This document shows, piece after piece, positions 15,701 through 26,000 of a stretch of DNA of 64,000 nt. Position 1 is the first letter of the stretch, and every line of letters starts with the position of its first letter. The stretch comes from Heptranchias perlo. Taxonomy: Eukaryota. The stretch is from positions 5,952,001-6,016,000 of the forward strand of contig NC_090354.1 in NCBI RefSeq assembly GCF_035084215.1, read 5' to 3'. The position numbers and the translations under genes are program-made. The notes beneath the pieces were generated by a model. That model was not told the origin of the DNA, did not search any database, and was given only the letters and a program-made list of their open reading frames with translations.

Positions 15701-16504
15701 CTCCACTTAACCAGTAACAAAGATTGAAAGTCACTGATATTCTCCTGACAACTCAGAGAGTAGATCAGGCATACAGACCAGGAGGGTCTCTGGTTCATTC
15801 CAAATTTGTGCCAAGTTAGTTGATCTGAGCCGGGGCAGTGGTGGGTGGGGGTGCTGTAATCGGCCTCAGTGGGCCAGAATTACAAGTGTAAAATCAGCTA
15901 TGACTCCCAATCCTGATCGTTATCCCTGAGGAGATGATACAAATAGAAAAGAAAATACAAAAGAATAGTAGCTTATTTTGACAGTCACTGCCAAAATTAT
16001 CTTCGTCCCACTCTTGCTGATCACTGCTCAGCTCCCTTCTCTCTCTCTCCCCCTCCCTCCATCCATCTGTCTCCCCTTCTCTCCCTCCCTCTCCCCCTTT
16101 CTCCTCTTCTCACTCCTCTGTCTCCCTCCTCCGCTCTCCCCTTCCCCTCCTTCTCCCCTTCCCCTCTCCCTCCTTCTCCCCTTCCCCCTCCACCGCTCCC
16201 TCTTTCTCCCCTTCCCCCTCCTCTCCCCCTCCCTCGCCCCTCCCCCTCCACCGCTCCCTCCTTCTCCCTCTCCTCCTCCTCCTCCTCCTCCTCCACCGCT
16301 CCCTCCTTCTCCTCCTCTCCCCCTTCCCCCTCCTCCTCTCCCCCTCCCCCTCCCCCTCTCCATGTTTAAAGGGCTGGGCTGCTGCTGTAGGCCTCAACCT
16401 CCCAACTAAATTTAACATTGCAACACTAACACCATCCCTATCCCCGGGGTAATCTCCGCGTCCTCTCGCCCTTCATAATTACTTACAAGGTCTCCGCCGC
16501 CCAT
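632..16504 (-). CDS. CWC25: Pre-mRNA-splicing factor CWC25, complete CDS over 10 exons (1260 nt, 419 aa)
   Basis: complement(join(632..746,3370..3531,5747..5836,6697..6911,9050..9119,10630..10739,12109..12178,12993..13229,14362..14534,16487..16504)). All introns are GT-AG and the phases are consistent. Reads [33 protein letters not shown]... to ...SLEDRVKRNIHSLQRTSAALEKNFMRK*, matching recalled vertebrate CWC25. Confidence 0.96.
1013..1478 (-). mobile_element. DeuSINE (SacSINE1/AmnSINE1-like), near full length
   Basis: tRNA-like head, central gagggagtgctgcactgtcggaggtgccgtctttcggatgag domain, L2-like tail aaaggcgctatataaatgcaagt. More than 10 copies in the window. Confidence 0.85.
2850..3230 (+). 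mobile_element. AmnSINE2-like tRNA-derived SINE
   Basis: ccaggtt..at..tggtctgtgctgagttag...attggcctcag...catgaagaatg. Many diverged copies: about 6330-6650, 9330-9570, 12660-12930(-), 15745-15925, 20330-20612, 20705-21150, 26620-26865(-), 27250-27570, 51680-52000, 53940-54190(-), 56620-56830. Confidence 0.6.
3370..3531 (-). CDS. CWC25: CWC25 coding exon 9
   Basis: ttacag|KLSAEELERRRLEMMENAKWSDEARQHNIRQYKEEEQRERELEKKDTGEGKFL|gtaagt, 162 nt. Confidence 0.96.
3851..4250 (+). mobile_element. CR1/HER1-type LINE 3' fragment
   Basis: Encodes LFSLEQRRLRGDLIEVFKI (CR1 ORF2 C-terminus) followed by the ggcctccttctgtg..attct 3'UTR. Confidence 0.9.
5747..5836 (-). CDS. CWC25: CWC25 coding exon 8
   Basis: ttttgaag|YSDKKGNDQARNSSPKREGYQRRPHPNQS|gtattg, 90 nt, phase 2-2; resembles human SPKKEVYQRRH. 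Confidence 0.87.
5880..6320 (+). mobile_element. DeuSINE (SacSINE1-like)
   Basis: Same family as 1013-1478. Confidence 0.85.
6697..6911 (-). CDS. CWC25: CWC25 coding exon 7 (RS-rich)
   Basis: gtgcag|MKDSHRINHRHSSP...RSRSRSRSRS...SRDRRSRSTSRSPPRHSKLHS|gtgagt, 215 nt. Confidence 0.9.
7960..8322 (-). mobile_element. CR1-type LINE 3' fragment
   Basis: acagcacagaaacaggccatt.ggccc... tail plus RT C-terminal remnant. Confidence 0.8.
9050..9119 (-). CDS. CWC25: CWC25 coding exon 6
   Basis: ttgcag|RHEKATSPTSTSVQKKIPGYGLK|gtttgt with the conserved PGYGL motif, 70 nt. Confidence 0.9.
10115..10525 (+). mobile_element. DeuSINE, diverged copy
   Basis: Degenerate head, body and tail; contains a 15-bp tandem duplication caaggtcctgtctac. 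Confidence 0.7.
10630..10739 (-). CDS. CWC25: CWC25 coding exon 5 (Lys-rich)
   Basis: poly-T..aaaag|LQKNLDKTGKKKKKDKKKKHKKHRHSNSSDNEQQKA|gtacag, 110 nt, phase fits neighbours. Confidence 0.88.
11160..11490 (+). mobile_element. AmnSINE2-like SINE
   Basis: gctcagccagtaaatgcac...agccatacagatcag...caatccctggtctgtgcggagttaacagatctcagc. Confidence 0.65.
12109..12178 (-). CDS. CWC25: CWC25 coding exon 4
   Basis: tttcag|KREEEKKREVLTNPMKMKMIREI|gtaagt, 70 nt. Confidence 0.95.
12993..13229 (-). CDS. CWC25: CWC25 coding exon 3
   Basis: ctgtag|KKSDRLDWMYQGP...EYLLGRPIDKY...DMASKIREDPLFMI|gtagga, 237 nt. Confidence 0.97.
13427..14022 (-). mobile_element. CR1/HER1-type LINE 3' fragment
   Basis: SYVERLEKLGLVSLEQRRLRGDLIEAFKIMKGFDRV plus 3'UTR. 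Confidence 0.92.
14362..14534 (-). CDS. CWC25: CWC25 coding exon 2
   Basis: tttcag|[57 protein letters not shown]|gtaagt, 173 nt. Confidence 0.97.
14870..15340 (-). mobile_element. DeuSINE interrupted by a CR1 3' tail (about 14945-15065) and an L2-type tail
   Basis: Nested fragments recognisable from other copies in the window. Confidence 0.65.
16033..16361. repeat. Polypyrimidine/polypurine (CT-rich) low-complexity tract in the intron after the first CWC25 coding exon
   Basis: About 330 nt that are almost only C/T, with (CCT)n and a repeated ccaccgctccctc. Confidence 0.95.
16487..16504 (-). CDS. CWC25: CWC25 first coding exon (MGGGDL)
   Basis: ATG GGC GGC GGA GAC CTT followed by gtaagt donor. 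Confidence 0.93.
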
Positions 16505-16740
16505 CGCTGCCCCCGAAGCTCCTTCAAACTCTGCTCCCGGTTACAGGCGACGCTGTTCCGCCAAGCACTCCCCTCAGACGGACGGCTCCAGCTCTGGGGA
16601 GTTTGACCGGCTGCCGCCTCCGCTGCCCCCTAGGCTGGAGGACACGAAACGCGAGGAACTGCAGCCAGTTGCTGCTGGAAATTGGGAAACTGGTTATCAA
16701 TTTTTCAACAAGGAGGGCACTTGGTTTTAATATATATAAA

Positions 16741-16930
16741 AAACTTGCATTTATTATAGCGCCTTTCACGACCTCAGGGCGTCCCAAAACGCTTTACAGC
16801 CAATGAAGAACTTCTGAAGTGTAGTCACTGTTGTAATGTAGGAAACACGGCAGCTAATTTGGGCAAAGCAAGATCCCACAATCAGCAATGAGATAATGAC
16901 CAGATCATCTGTTTTTTAGTGATGTTGGTT
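16741..16930 (-). mobile_element. DeuSINE 3' half
   Basis: acttgcattta..atagcgcctttcacgacctcagg...atgaccagatcatctgttt. Confidence 0.8.
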
Positions 16931-17012
16931 GCAGATCTGCCAAACCCCCTTAAGCTGCTGCCAAACACTCTAAAGCTCAACTTGTCGCTTCACTTTTGCA
17001 TTTACTCAGCAG

Positions 17013-17368
17013 TAGGGATGCCATATCCTCTTGGACATATTCCTGGAGATTTTATCACTGACGTCCCGCCTCTGCGCTCCTTCCATTGTTTGCCCAACAC
17101 ATCCATCCCAGTGCTGCACCGCCTTCCCACGCCAATTGTAAAGTTAACAGACATTTCATTACCCGATTGGATGATTCTTGACTTGTCAGTCTTTTTATTC
17201 CCTATATCCAATAACTAATAAATAAAAGTGTTGAAAGAAAAATAAAAAAAACACAACTTTTTTTAATGCCCCTATGCTTTTTCTCCCGGGTTGCTTTCAG
17301 CAGTGTCCAGGAGATTAATCTTCAATTCCTGGAGACTCCAGGGCAACTCTGGAGGGATGGCAACCCTA
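17013..17368 (-). mobile_element. Non-autonomous DNA transposon (MITE) with TAGGGTTGCCA-type terminal inverted repeats
   Basis: TAGGGATGCCA ... TGGCAACCCTA; internal ccaggagattaatct motif shared with the other copies. Confidence 0.75.
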
Positions 17369-17491
17369 CCTGTACAGAGAGTCAAGGTGTCTTTTTAAAA
17401 CAGTTTTATTTGAAGTTGATGGATTTAGGCAGGCACTGAATTTCACATTGGCACAAGGCCTCGAAACCCCCCTCGGGAACTGCCCCCTCAC

Positions 17492-17640
17492 CTCTGAAAA
17501 TTGGAAATTCCCTCCGTGCCATTCCATTCTGCGCGAATGGATTCCCTGTACTGGCTGCTCCCGCAAGTTCTCCAGTTCCTCGACCTCGTCTTTTGTCTTG
17601 ACAGCCATCTTGCCGTCCGACGGAAACGGGGCCCACAGTG
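17492..17640 (-). promoter_or_regulatory. Predicted CWC25 promoter and upstream first exon
   Basis: CpG-rich patch with ETS-like CGGAA (17621-17625) and YY1-like CAAGATGGCTG. GAG|gtgagg donor at 17492/17491. Matching pyrimidine-rich acceptor ttcctcgcgtttcgtgtcctccag| at 16635/16634. Confidence 0.55.
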
Positions 17641-18099
17641 GAAGTCTCTGAATGTGGAAATCCTTCCCTGCATCATTGAGGATCTCAGGTGGAGAGTGGT
17701 GTCCAATGTAGTTTAAAGTCACTTCACTGATACCCCGGATGCCTGCAACTTTTGCAGCCTTGGGAACCTTTCCATGTTGAATTTGAACCCAGATCCCCAA
17801 GGTGAGAGGACAGTGTACAACCCATTGCATCATCAATTACCAACAGTTTCCCATTCCCCCAGCCAGCAGCCTGAGTTTAAAGAATGATTCCACTGTCATT
17901 ATGTAGTTTGAAACAAATTGGAGATTCAGCGATAATGTTTAATCGTGTGGAGCACATAGATGGGGCAAGTACCTAGGAATGTGCTGCACAGATAAAACTG
18001 GATGGATGGGAGTGGTGGCAGAGCAGTCATCTGCCAAAGATTTCAGATGGTGTCACAAGAGAGAAGTTTGAGCTAAAGTTTGGTGGACAGCCTATGGAG

Positions 18100-18210
18100 A
18101 AAACACTGGAAAGCACTCAGCAGGTCAGACAGCATCTGTGGAGAGAGAAACAGAGTTAACGTTTCAGGTCGTTGACCTTTCCTCAGAACTGGAAGATGTT
18201 AGAGATTATA
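18100..18210. mobile_element. Penelope-like element terminal fragment
   Basis: ctggaaa-cactcagcaggtcag-cagcatctgtggagagagaaacagagttaacgtttcaggtc. Related copies near 4510-4680, 11720-11925, 14030-14090, 23232-23370, 24845-24945 and 50860-51055. Confidence 0.65.
18154..18190 (-). ncRNA. Minimal type I hammerhead ribozyme motif in a Penelope-like element fragment
   Basis: AGUU-CUGAGGA-A-AGGUC(AAC)GACCU-GAAA-CG-UU-AACU: stem I, catalytic core, stem II and palindromic stem III. Confidence 0.65.
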
Positions 18211-18574
18211 GAGAAATCGAGGAAGGGAAGGAAAGAGTCGGAGACAGACAATGTGAAGGTGAGAGAGGGGTGGAAATTAGAGCCAAAGTTGATGACATTT
18301 TCTGAGCTATTTTGTTTGTCATCTGAACCCTGAGATTAAATTAATACCAATAATCTGCCACGCATCAGCCACTCTTAATGGATATATTCATACCTCTGCT
18401 GCTGTTCCTGGTCTCTTGCTACTAGCATTGTTGCGTAACGATGCCAAACGGTGAAGTACTTCCCAGAATATCAACTTGAGGTGAGTGATTTAGAACTTCA
18501 TGTAATATCAGATTCTTTCGGATAATGAATGACCTCAATCAAGTGGCTGTTCTTCACGCGGAGAGTAGATAATG

Positions 18575-19940
18575 AGTAACCTCTTCCAGCTCTACAGTCC
18601 TCAGAGATCTCTGTGCTCCTGGCTTCTCGCGCATCCCCGATTCTCATTGGCGTCGGTGCCTTCAGCTGTCCGCCCTAACCTCTGGAATTCCTTCCCTAAA
18701 CCTCTCCGCCTCTTTACCTCTCTCTCCTCCTTTAAGGCACTCCTTAAAACCTACCTCTTTGACCAAGTTTTTGTCCACTTGTCCTAATATCTCATTACGT
18801 GGCTCGGTATCATATTTTGTTTGATAATGCTCCTGTGAACCACCTTGGGACGTTTTACTACGTTAGAGGCGCTATATACTTGTTAGCCAGAGAATCTCCT
18901 GCAATGGCTTCTCTTCCCGCTGCCGCACCATTACCTCTGGAGTCCCCCTAGGATCTATCCTTGGCCCCCTCCTAATTCTCATCTACATGTACGTTGACGA
19001 CATCCAGCTCTACCTCAACACCACCTCTCTCCACCCCTCCACTGTCTCTGATTTGTCACACTGCTTGTCCAACATCCAGTACTGGATGAGCAAAAATCTC
19101 CTCCGACCAAATATTGGGAAGGCAGAAGCCATTGTATTCAGTCCCCGCCACAAAATCTGTTCCCTAGCCACTGACTCCATCCCTCTTCCTGGCCACTGTC
19201 TGAGGCTGAACCTGAGCGTTCGCAACCTTGGCGTCCTATTTGACCCTGAGATGAGCTTCCAACCACATATCCGCTCCATCACCAAGACCGCCTACTTCCA
19301 CCTCTGTAACATCGTCTGTTTCCCCCCCCCCGCCACAGCTCATCTGCTGCTGAAACCTTCATCCATGTCTTTGTTACCTCTAGACTTGACTATTCCAATG
19401 CTCTCATGTCCGGCCTCCCATCATAAACTTGAGCTCATCCAAAACTCTGCTGCCTATATCCTAACTTGCACCAAGTCCCATTCTCCCATCAGCCCTGTGC
19501 TCGCTGACTTACATTGGCTGCTGGTCTGGGAATGCCTCGATTTTAAAATTCTAATCCTTGTTTTCAAATCTCTCCATGGCCTCGCCCCCTCCCTATATCT
19601 GTAAACTCCTCCAGCCCTACAACCCTCCGAGATCTCTGTGCTCCTCCAATTCTGGTCTCTTGCACATTCCCGATTTTAATTGCTTCACCATTGGCGGCTA
19701 TGCCTTCAGTTGCCTCAGCCCTGAGCTCTGGAATTCCCTCCCTACACTTCTCCGCCTCTCTATCTCTCCTCCTTTAAGTCGCTCCTTAAGCCTACCTCTT
19801 TGACCAAGCTTTTGGTCACCTGTCCTAGTAACTTCTTATGTGGCTTGGTGTCAAATTTTGTTTGAAAATCGCTCTTGTGAAGCGCCTTGGGACGTTTTAC
19901 TACGTTAAAGGTGCTATATAAATGCAAGTTGTTGTTGTTG
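18575..19940 (+). mobile_element. Two tandem L2 LINE 3' fragments (about 18575-18880 and 18900-19940)
   Basis: RT remnant MYVDDIQLY...VRNLGVLFDPEMSF...LELIQNSAA with frameshifts; tail gctatataaatgcaagttgttgttg. Confidence 0.9.
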
Positions 19941-21694
19941 TCTCATCCAAAAGATGGCTCCTCTGACAGTGCAGCACTGCCTCAATACTGCACTGGAGTG
20001 TCAGCCTTGTTGTTGTTGTTAGTTGGTTATTGAACAATAGCTGACATCACATCAATGTCTGGGCATGCTCTCTCTCATTGCATCTGCACTACATTGGCAT
20101 GAAACGGAATGAAATTATGTAAAGTGTCTTTGTACAGAAATATACAATTGATTATTGGCAGCAACGAAATAGCTTAAGCTTCACTCTTGCGGTTTATGAC
20201 ACCATGTGAAATCCTTAGCAGATTGCCCTGCAATCCGTGCCTTCAGGAGAGGAGAGGAGAAAACTGAGAGGGGGAAGAAACAGATTAAAGACAGAAGATT
20301 TAACTCTCTGATGCTTTGTCCAGTGTTGTAATATTACAGTCCAGAAGGTCTCAGGTTACAAGTGGCATCATCTAAGGAAGGACAGAAGCAACATGGGATA
20401 GTTTCCCATTCCTATCCACTAACTGCTGCTGGATAGTGCACATCTGGTGAAGACACTGTATCTGGCTTAGCTGTAATGCCAGCCGTGCTCAAATAGCCAG
20501 CCAAAACTTGCTAAGTTCACACATGAGGAATCGCACCTGGGTCTTGGAATACTGCTAGCATCATGGGACTGTACCCGAGCAAATATGAGGAGAGAAAAAC
20601 TGGAAGGAAAAATGTCAATAGACGTACCTCTTCAAAACCATCATTTAATCAACTCTTTACAACTCCTCAGTCCATAGAGGTTTTAAGATAATGTACTTAA
20701 TGACTTCCTCGATGGCCTAATGGTAAGTATACCACTTAGTATAGCACCACACCATTGGGAAGATTCCGGTTTTAATTCCCGGTCTATGCTGGGTTAGCTG
20801 ATCTTAGCCAAGGCAGTGATGGTGCTGTAATTAACACCAAGCCACATAAGGAGGTATTAGGACAGATGACCAAAAGCTTAGTCAGAGAGACAGGTTTTAA
20901 GGAGTGACTTAAAAGGAAGAGAGGGAGATAAAGAGGCAGAGAGGTTTAGAGAGGGAATGCCAGAGCTTAGGGCCTAGGCAGCTGAAGGCACGGCCACCAA
21001 TGGTTGAGTGAAGGACTTCAGATAAGGACATGATTGGGCTTTCCACAGTTGAATAGCCTGCCAACACTCATATATGAATAACAACAACTTTGGCAAGTAC
21101 TGGATGGGGCCCATTCTCAATACCTTCAGCAGAGGAGAGAGAATTTTTAAAAAGAAAATGTATTGTATATTGCCAGTCTAACACACTACATTTGTCTTCT
21201 AATTGCTCCTCTGTATTTAAATATGTTGTCAACACATTTTAATAAAATTTAGGTCTCCCCTCGTAGGACAGCTGAATAGATACTGTACTCTGTTAATTTG
21301 TTTTAATTGATTAAGAAAAAGGTAAAATCTTCAAAAGACTTTAAGTTGCCAACATTTTTGATAAAATGTGTTTTGCTCAGTTCTCATTCCTGCAGTTTTT
21401 ATTGGAACAAAATAGTGCTTGGGTCACAAATTTCTAATGATCTTACTTCAAACAAAATGATTCCATGAGTTGATGATGGAGTATTGTGATATGTCCAGCA
21501 AGAGGGGTCCTTCTTTTTAAAGCTCTATATTTGCCATCCTGGATGCATAAATGCAGCTGACTCAGGCAACTGAACTCACCTCATTGGATCTACCTCACTG
21601 AAACTGAATATTGTTAGAAAGGTACAAGACCAAGAGAAAACCAAGGTTAGGATCCTCGGCCCATTTCCTGATGATGTCACCTTCCCATGTCATA

Positions 21695-22093
21695 AAAGAA
21701 ATACTTGCATTTATATAGCGCTTTATCACATCGTCAAAAACATCTCTAAGTACGTCACATTATTAAAGACTTTTTGGAGTACAGGGACTTGTTATATAGA
21801 CAGATGTGACAACCATTCTGTGCCACCAACAGCAATAAGATAAATGACAGTTGATTGTTTTGGTGGTACAGGTTGAGGGAGGAAGGTTGTCCAGGAAACC
21901 AGGAGAACTCCCAGCTCTTCTTTGAATAATGTCACATGGAGCCTTAACAGCTACCTGAAGAGCCTCAGTTTAACATTTTATCCAAAACTGGAGAGTCGGC
22001 CTGGATTATAAACTCAAGAGCTGGTGTGGATCCTTGAACCCACAACCTTCATAACCCAGAAGTGAGCGTGCTACTGAATGAGCTAAACTGACA
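21695..22093 (-). mobile_element. DeuSINE, diverged copy
   Basis: Tail, body and head motifs present. Confidence 0.7.
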
Positions 22094-22575
22094 CGTAATC
22101 CAGATGTGGTAGCTCTTCTGGCAAATTATTGTCAAACTGGAAAAAAAATGGCAGACATGAAATAGCTGTGGTGTAAAGTTTTTCACTTTTCCAATTTCCC
22201 CCCATCTTCCTGGAAGTGCTAACTCATGCCTGGGTACAGTTTCACAGGTGTCACCTACTCTCAGGTAGCTCAGCCAAGTGGCTATTCAGTGCTTGTGGCA
22301 ACAGTGAAGTACATCACAACCAAGACTGACCCTGTTTTACCATAGAATTTGCAGCACAGAAACAGGCCATTCGGCCCAACTGGTCTACGCCGGCGTTTAT
22401 GCTCCACACGAGCCATTCTTCTCTCTCCATCAGTGCTAGTAAGCCAACGTGAAATGGAATAGAACTCTTCAAAGATATCTCAATGCAGAAATCTACAATG
22501 TAGATATAAATCAAATACAGGATAAATGAGTAGCTTAAAATATATCTTTACAAAATCGTGTCCTTAAACACATGC

Positions 22576-22581
22576 TTTATT
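22576..22581 (-). terminator. Candidate polyadenylation signal (AATAAA) of SPMAP1
   Basis: AATAAA on the minus strand about 305 nt after the stop codon. Confidence 0.55.
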
Positions 22582-22885
22582 TTAGGATCTATATCTTACT
22601 TTCAGTACAAGAGGTCCTTTATATTCAACCACGTACAATATCTCGTTTACAAAGACTATTCTTCATTATCACAGAAGTATCAAATTCAATTTGTTTCTCG
22701 AGAAGGGTTGACTTCCTTGAAATGCTAATTGTTTAAAATTTAGTAATTGAGGTTTTCCTGCTTTTTCAACTGTCCGAATTCTCCACCATCACCAGCCTTC
22801 CTTGTAAAAAAATACACGATCCTGCCTATGTTGAAATCAATGAGTTTAAGACTTCGCCTTTTCACTGTTGGTCTCCGTGTACGTG

Positions 22886-23043
22886 CTAGTACAATGAGAG
22901 ATTGGTAACCTCTCCGAAATTGGAAGGCTTTTGTCTCAGGCTGGGTATGTTTCTCCTGAATCCAAACTTTCCGTTGTATCCGACTATTGGTTTGAGATCT
23001 GACAAAAATCCCCGGTGACCGATTATTTGATCATGTGAGTGAC
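22886..23043 (-). CDS. SPMAP1: SPMAP1/C17orf98 exon 3
   Basis: ttgcag|HSHDQIIGHRGFLSDLKPIVGYNGKFGFRRNIPSLRQKPSNFGEVTNLSLY TAG. Confidence 0.93.
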
Positions 23044-26000
23044 CTGCAAAATCAATACATTCGGAATAAAACCAAACCTCTCATTGAGATCGTCAAGTAA
23101 ATCCAAAGATGGTCCTATAGGAACGGGCGTAGGCCATTCGACCCATCGAGTTTGCTCCTATCAGTTGTGTTAGCCATGGCACTTCTACTTTATTAAAGTT
23201 AATTTCCTGTCTTTCCTCCATATCCCTTAATAAAAACAGAAAATGTTGGAAATACACAAGTCAGTTTGCATCTGTAAAGAGAAATTAGGGTTTATGGTGA
23301 TCCAGATGTGTACTATTCAGTTATTTCCATAATTTTCTGCTTTTGTTTCAGATTTCCAACATTTGCAGTTTAAAAAAAAAATTCCTTTAATATCTTTACT
23401 TCACAAATAATTATCTCTTTTTTAAGCACCTCGGGTGACTTTATATCTATGGCGTTCTGGGGCAGTGTGTTCCACATTCTCACAACCCTTTGCGGGAAGA
23501 GGTTTTTCCTGGAATCACCTATAACTGGGTTTGCTCGAGTTCTAAACTGAAACCTTTAAAGCAACGACATTTTAGAGCGCTATAACGCTCCAAATATCAC
23601 CCCAACTGAGGTCAGCCAGCTCAGCATAGACCAGGGTTTAAATGTGGGATCTTCCTGGGAAAAAAATTGCACAGCTACGGGGAAAAGGGCGGGGGTGTGG
23701 GACCGACTGAATTGCTCTTGCAGAGAGCCGGCACGGGCTCGACGGGCCGAATGGCCTCCTTCTGTGCTGTAACCATTCTATGATCCTATGATTCCTGGTC
23801 TGTATGGCTCAGTTTTACTTTGGGCAGTGCATTTATCCATTGAACCTTCAGAGGAAGCAATTTTTGACAAGACTTGAGCAATGCTCCGGGTTGCTGATGC
23901 AGTAAGCCCCGGTCTATGGCAACCTGTGAGTTGTTCATTAGTTCCAAGAGCAATTTTCCCAAATCGTTCTATGCTCCAAACAATCACCAGGGTCAAAATC
24001 ATGAAACAAATGCCTGTCACCTCCAGCTGTTCCATCTCACCCCATTTACAAAAATAAAGTTCCTTTCAATGTTTTGGTATGTCAACGTGTTTCCAAAGAG
24101 GTGACCCAACTCCTGACAGAAGCAGATAACGAGACACATCATAGGACAATGACAATCAGACACATGCTGTTGCTATGACACGTTGCTAGGCACCAAATAG
24201 CCCCGCGTGTCATTGCATTCAATGGACATTATCCGTCACTTCATTGGGAACTACCATCATGGCATTAATGTGTACATTTGAAATCTGTCTGCAGAAAGCA
24301 ACGGTATTTCATCTTTCCCACTATTATGCTTAATTTGAGAATACAATTCCCCTGTAATCAACTACAGGCTATTTTTCTGCAATGTTGCAGTAATTAGATC
24401 ATTTCATGCTGTGCTCATTTCACCACAGAAAACCACAAGGAAATTAAAAATTCCCTCGGTATCTACAACGCTTTATCTTGAGGATTTAAACAAAATTTTG
24501 TTATGCATTTTGTGCTCAAATGAGGGTTGCTAGCACTGGAGAATTGAATACTTTCCATTTCAGACAAAAATCAGTACCCAAATTTCAGGATTTGATTACA
24601 TCTGCCATGTTGGAGGTTCTTTATTAACCCTTCTAAGTAGACGTGTCTGTGAACAAGGTGACAAAGTACGTCTATGCCAAGATACAGAGGAAGTTCACTT
24701 TGTTGGAAAAGCAACAACTTTCACTCCTGTTATTTTGCTGTAACCGTCCCAACACATCCCGGACTTCAAAAAAACCTGTGCAAAATCCCAGTAAAATTTT
24801 TTTTTTTTAACTGGTTGCCCTACATCCATACATTGTATAAAAGAAATGAAAACACAGAATGTTGGAAATACATAGCAGGTCAGTCGGCACCTGAAAGAAA
24901 GAGATACTGCAGGATAACATTTTGGTGGGACCCTTTATCAGACCGGGAAATGTTTCTGAAGTCACTATGTTAAAGTAACTAGCTAGCTGCCATGGATCTC
25001 TTTCACCATAACCATTAAGGAATACTCTTTCAGCTGTTGGACAAAGGTTGTTGAGGTATTGCTATTTTCAGGGTTTTTTTAAGCCAAGTGACTTTTTGTC
25101 ATATCGATGGGACAGAGGTACCTCTAAAGGTCACCCAACTAGATAACTCGTTAATTTGGGAAACCTCAAATTTATCCTTTACGGCTACAATTTTCCTCCA
25201 TTCTCGCTGTGGTAAAATTAAGTCTCATTGTACCGTCTGTGAATGTAACTTATTCCGTCTCGGGACCTCAAAACCATGCAGCTCCTCACCTCCCTCACAC
25301 TTCCTCCTACAATCTGCGGGCTGTTAAAGCATAAACTTACATAAGAATTGCTAGACAAAGAAAGACTAAGGTCCATCTAGTTCGCCTTCTGCCATCCTAT
25401 AAGTCCCATGATACAACGATAATGGAGTTGTTGACTAATCACAGCAAACTTGGCACTACCTCCTCATTACTTACTGATTTACCTCATTTTTCTGTCCTAC
25501 TTTTTCAGCCTTTATGGTATCCTGCGCTATGGTCCATGGCCCTTCAGTCAGAGTTCTCAATACAAGAACCTCCTATAGTATCGAATAAATCAGGATAATA
25601 TCACAATGGGATTGCACCTGGAGTTCCTGCACTATCTGCATGGACAGGAACTAAATGAAGGTCAGATGTTGCTGCTTGAAATCTTTAAAGGGGCAGGCAC
25701 CCCTTGGGTCTAACCCTTATTTGTAAAATCTTTTGTTCCAGACCCAAACAGTGAGTAATCTATTATTTCAAAGTTTGAGATCTATGCTTCCACAGCCAGT
25801 TCTCGCCCTTTTGAAATATCGTACCTATACTGAAAAACATCAATAAATAAGACAATAGAACTATTCTTGTTTGAAAGGATTTAAATCCACCTACCTGCTC
25901 CATATGCATTTCTCTTGGAAAGGTACCTTTGAGCTGGTCCATGTTTATAAAAATAGTCCACAAGCCACCCATTGGTCGATGTCCCACCATGATCCTAACA

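Noticed and set aside
15978-16418. Pro/Leu-rich and Gly/Arg/Glu-rich ORFs
   Set aside because: Artefacts of the CT-rich low-complexity tract inside a CWC25 intron.
17366-17836. 156-aa single-exon minus-strand ORF as an independent gene
   Set aside because: No recognisable domain, its start lies in a SINE-like head and its end abuts a MITE. Only 17492-17608 is kept, as part of the uORF hypothesis.
18987-19604. 205-aa ORF as a host gene
   Set aside because: Frameshifted L2 reverse transcriptase remnant.
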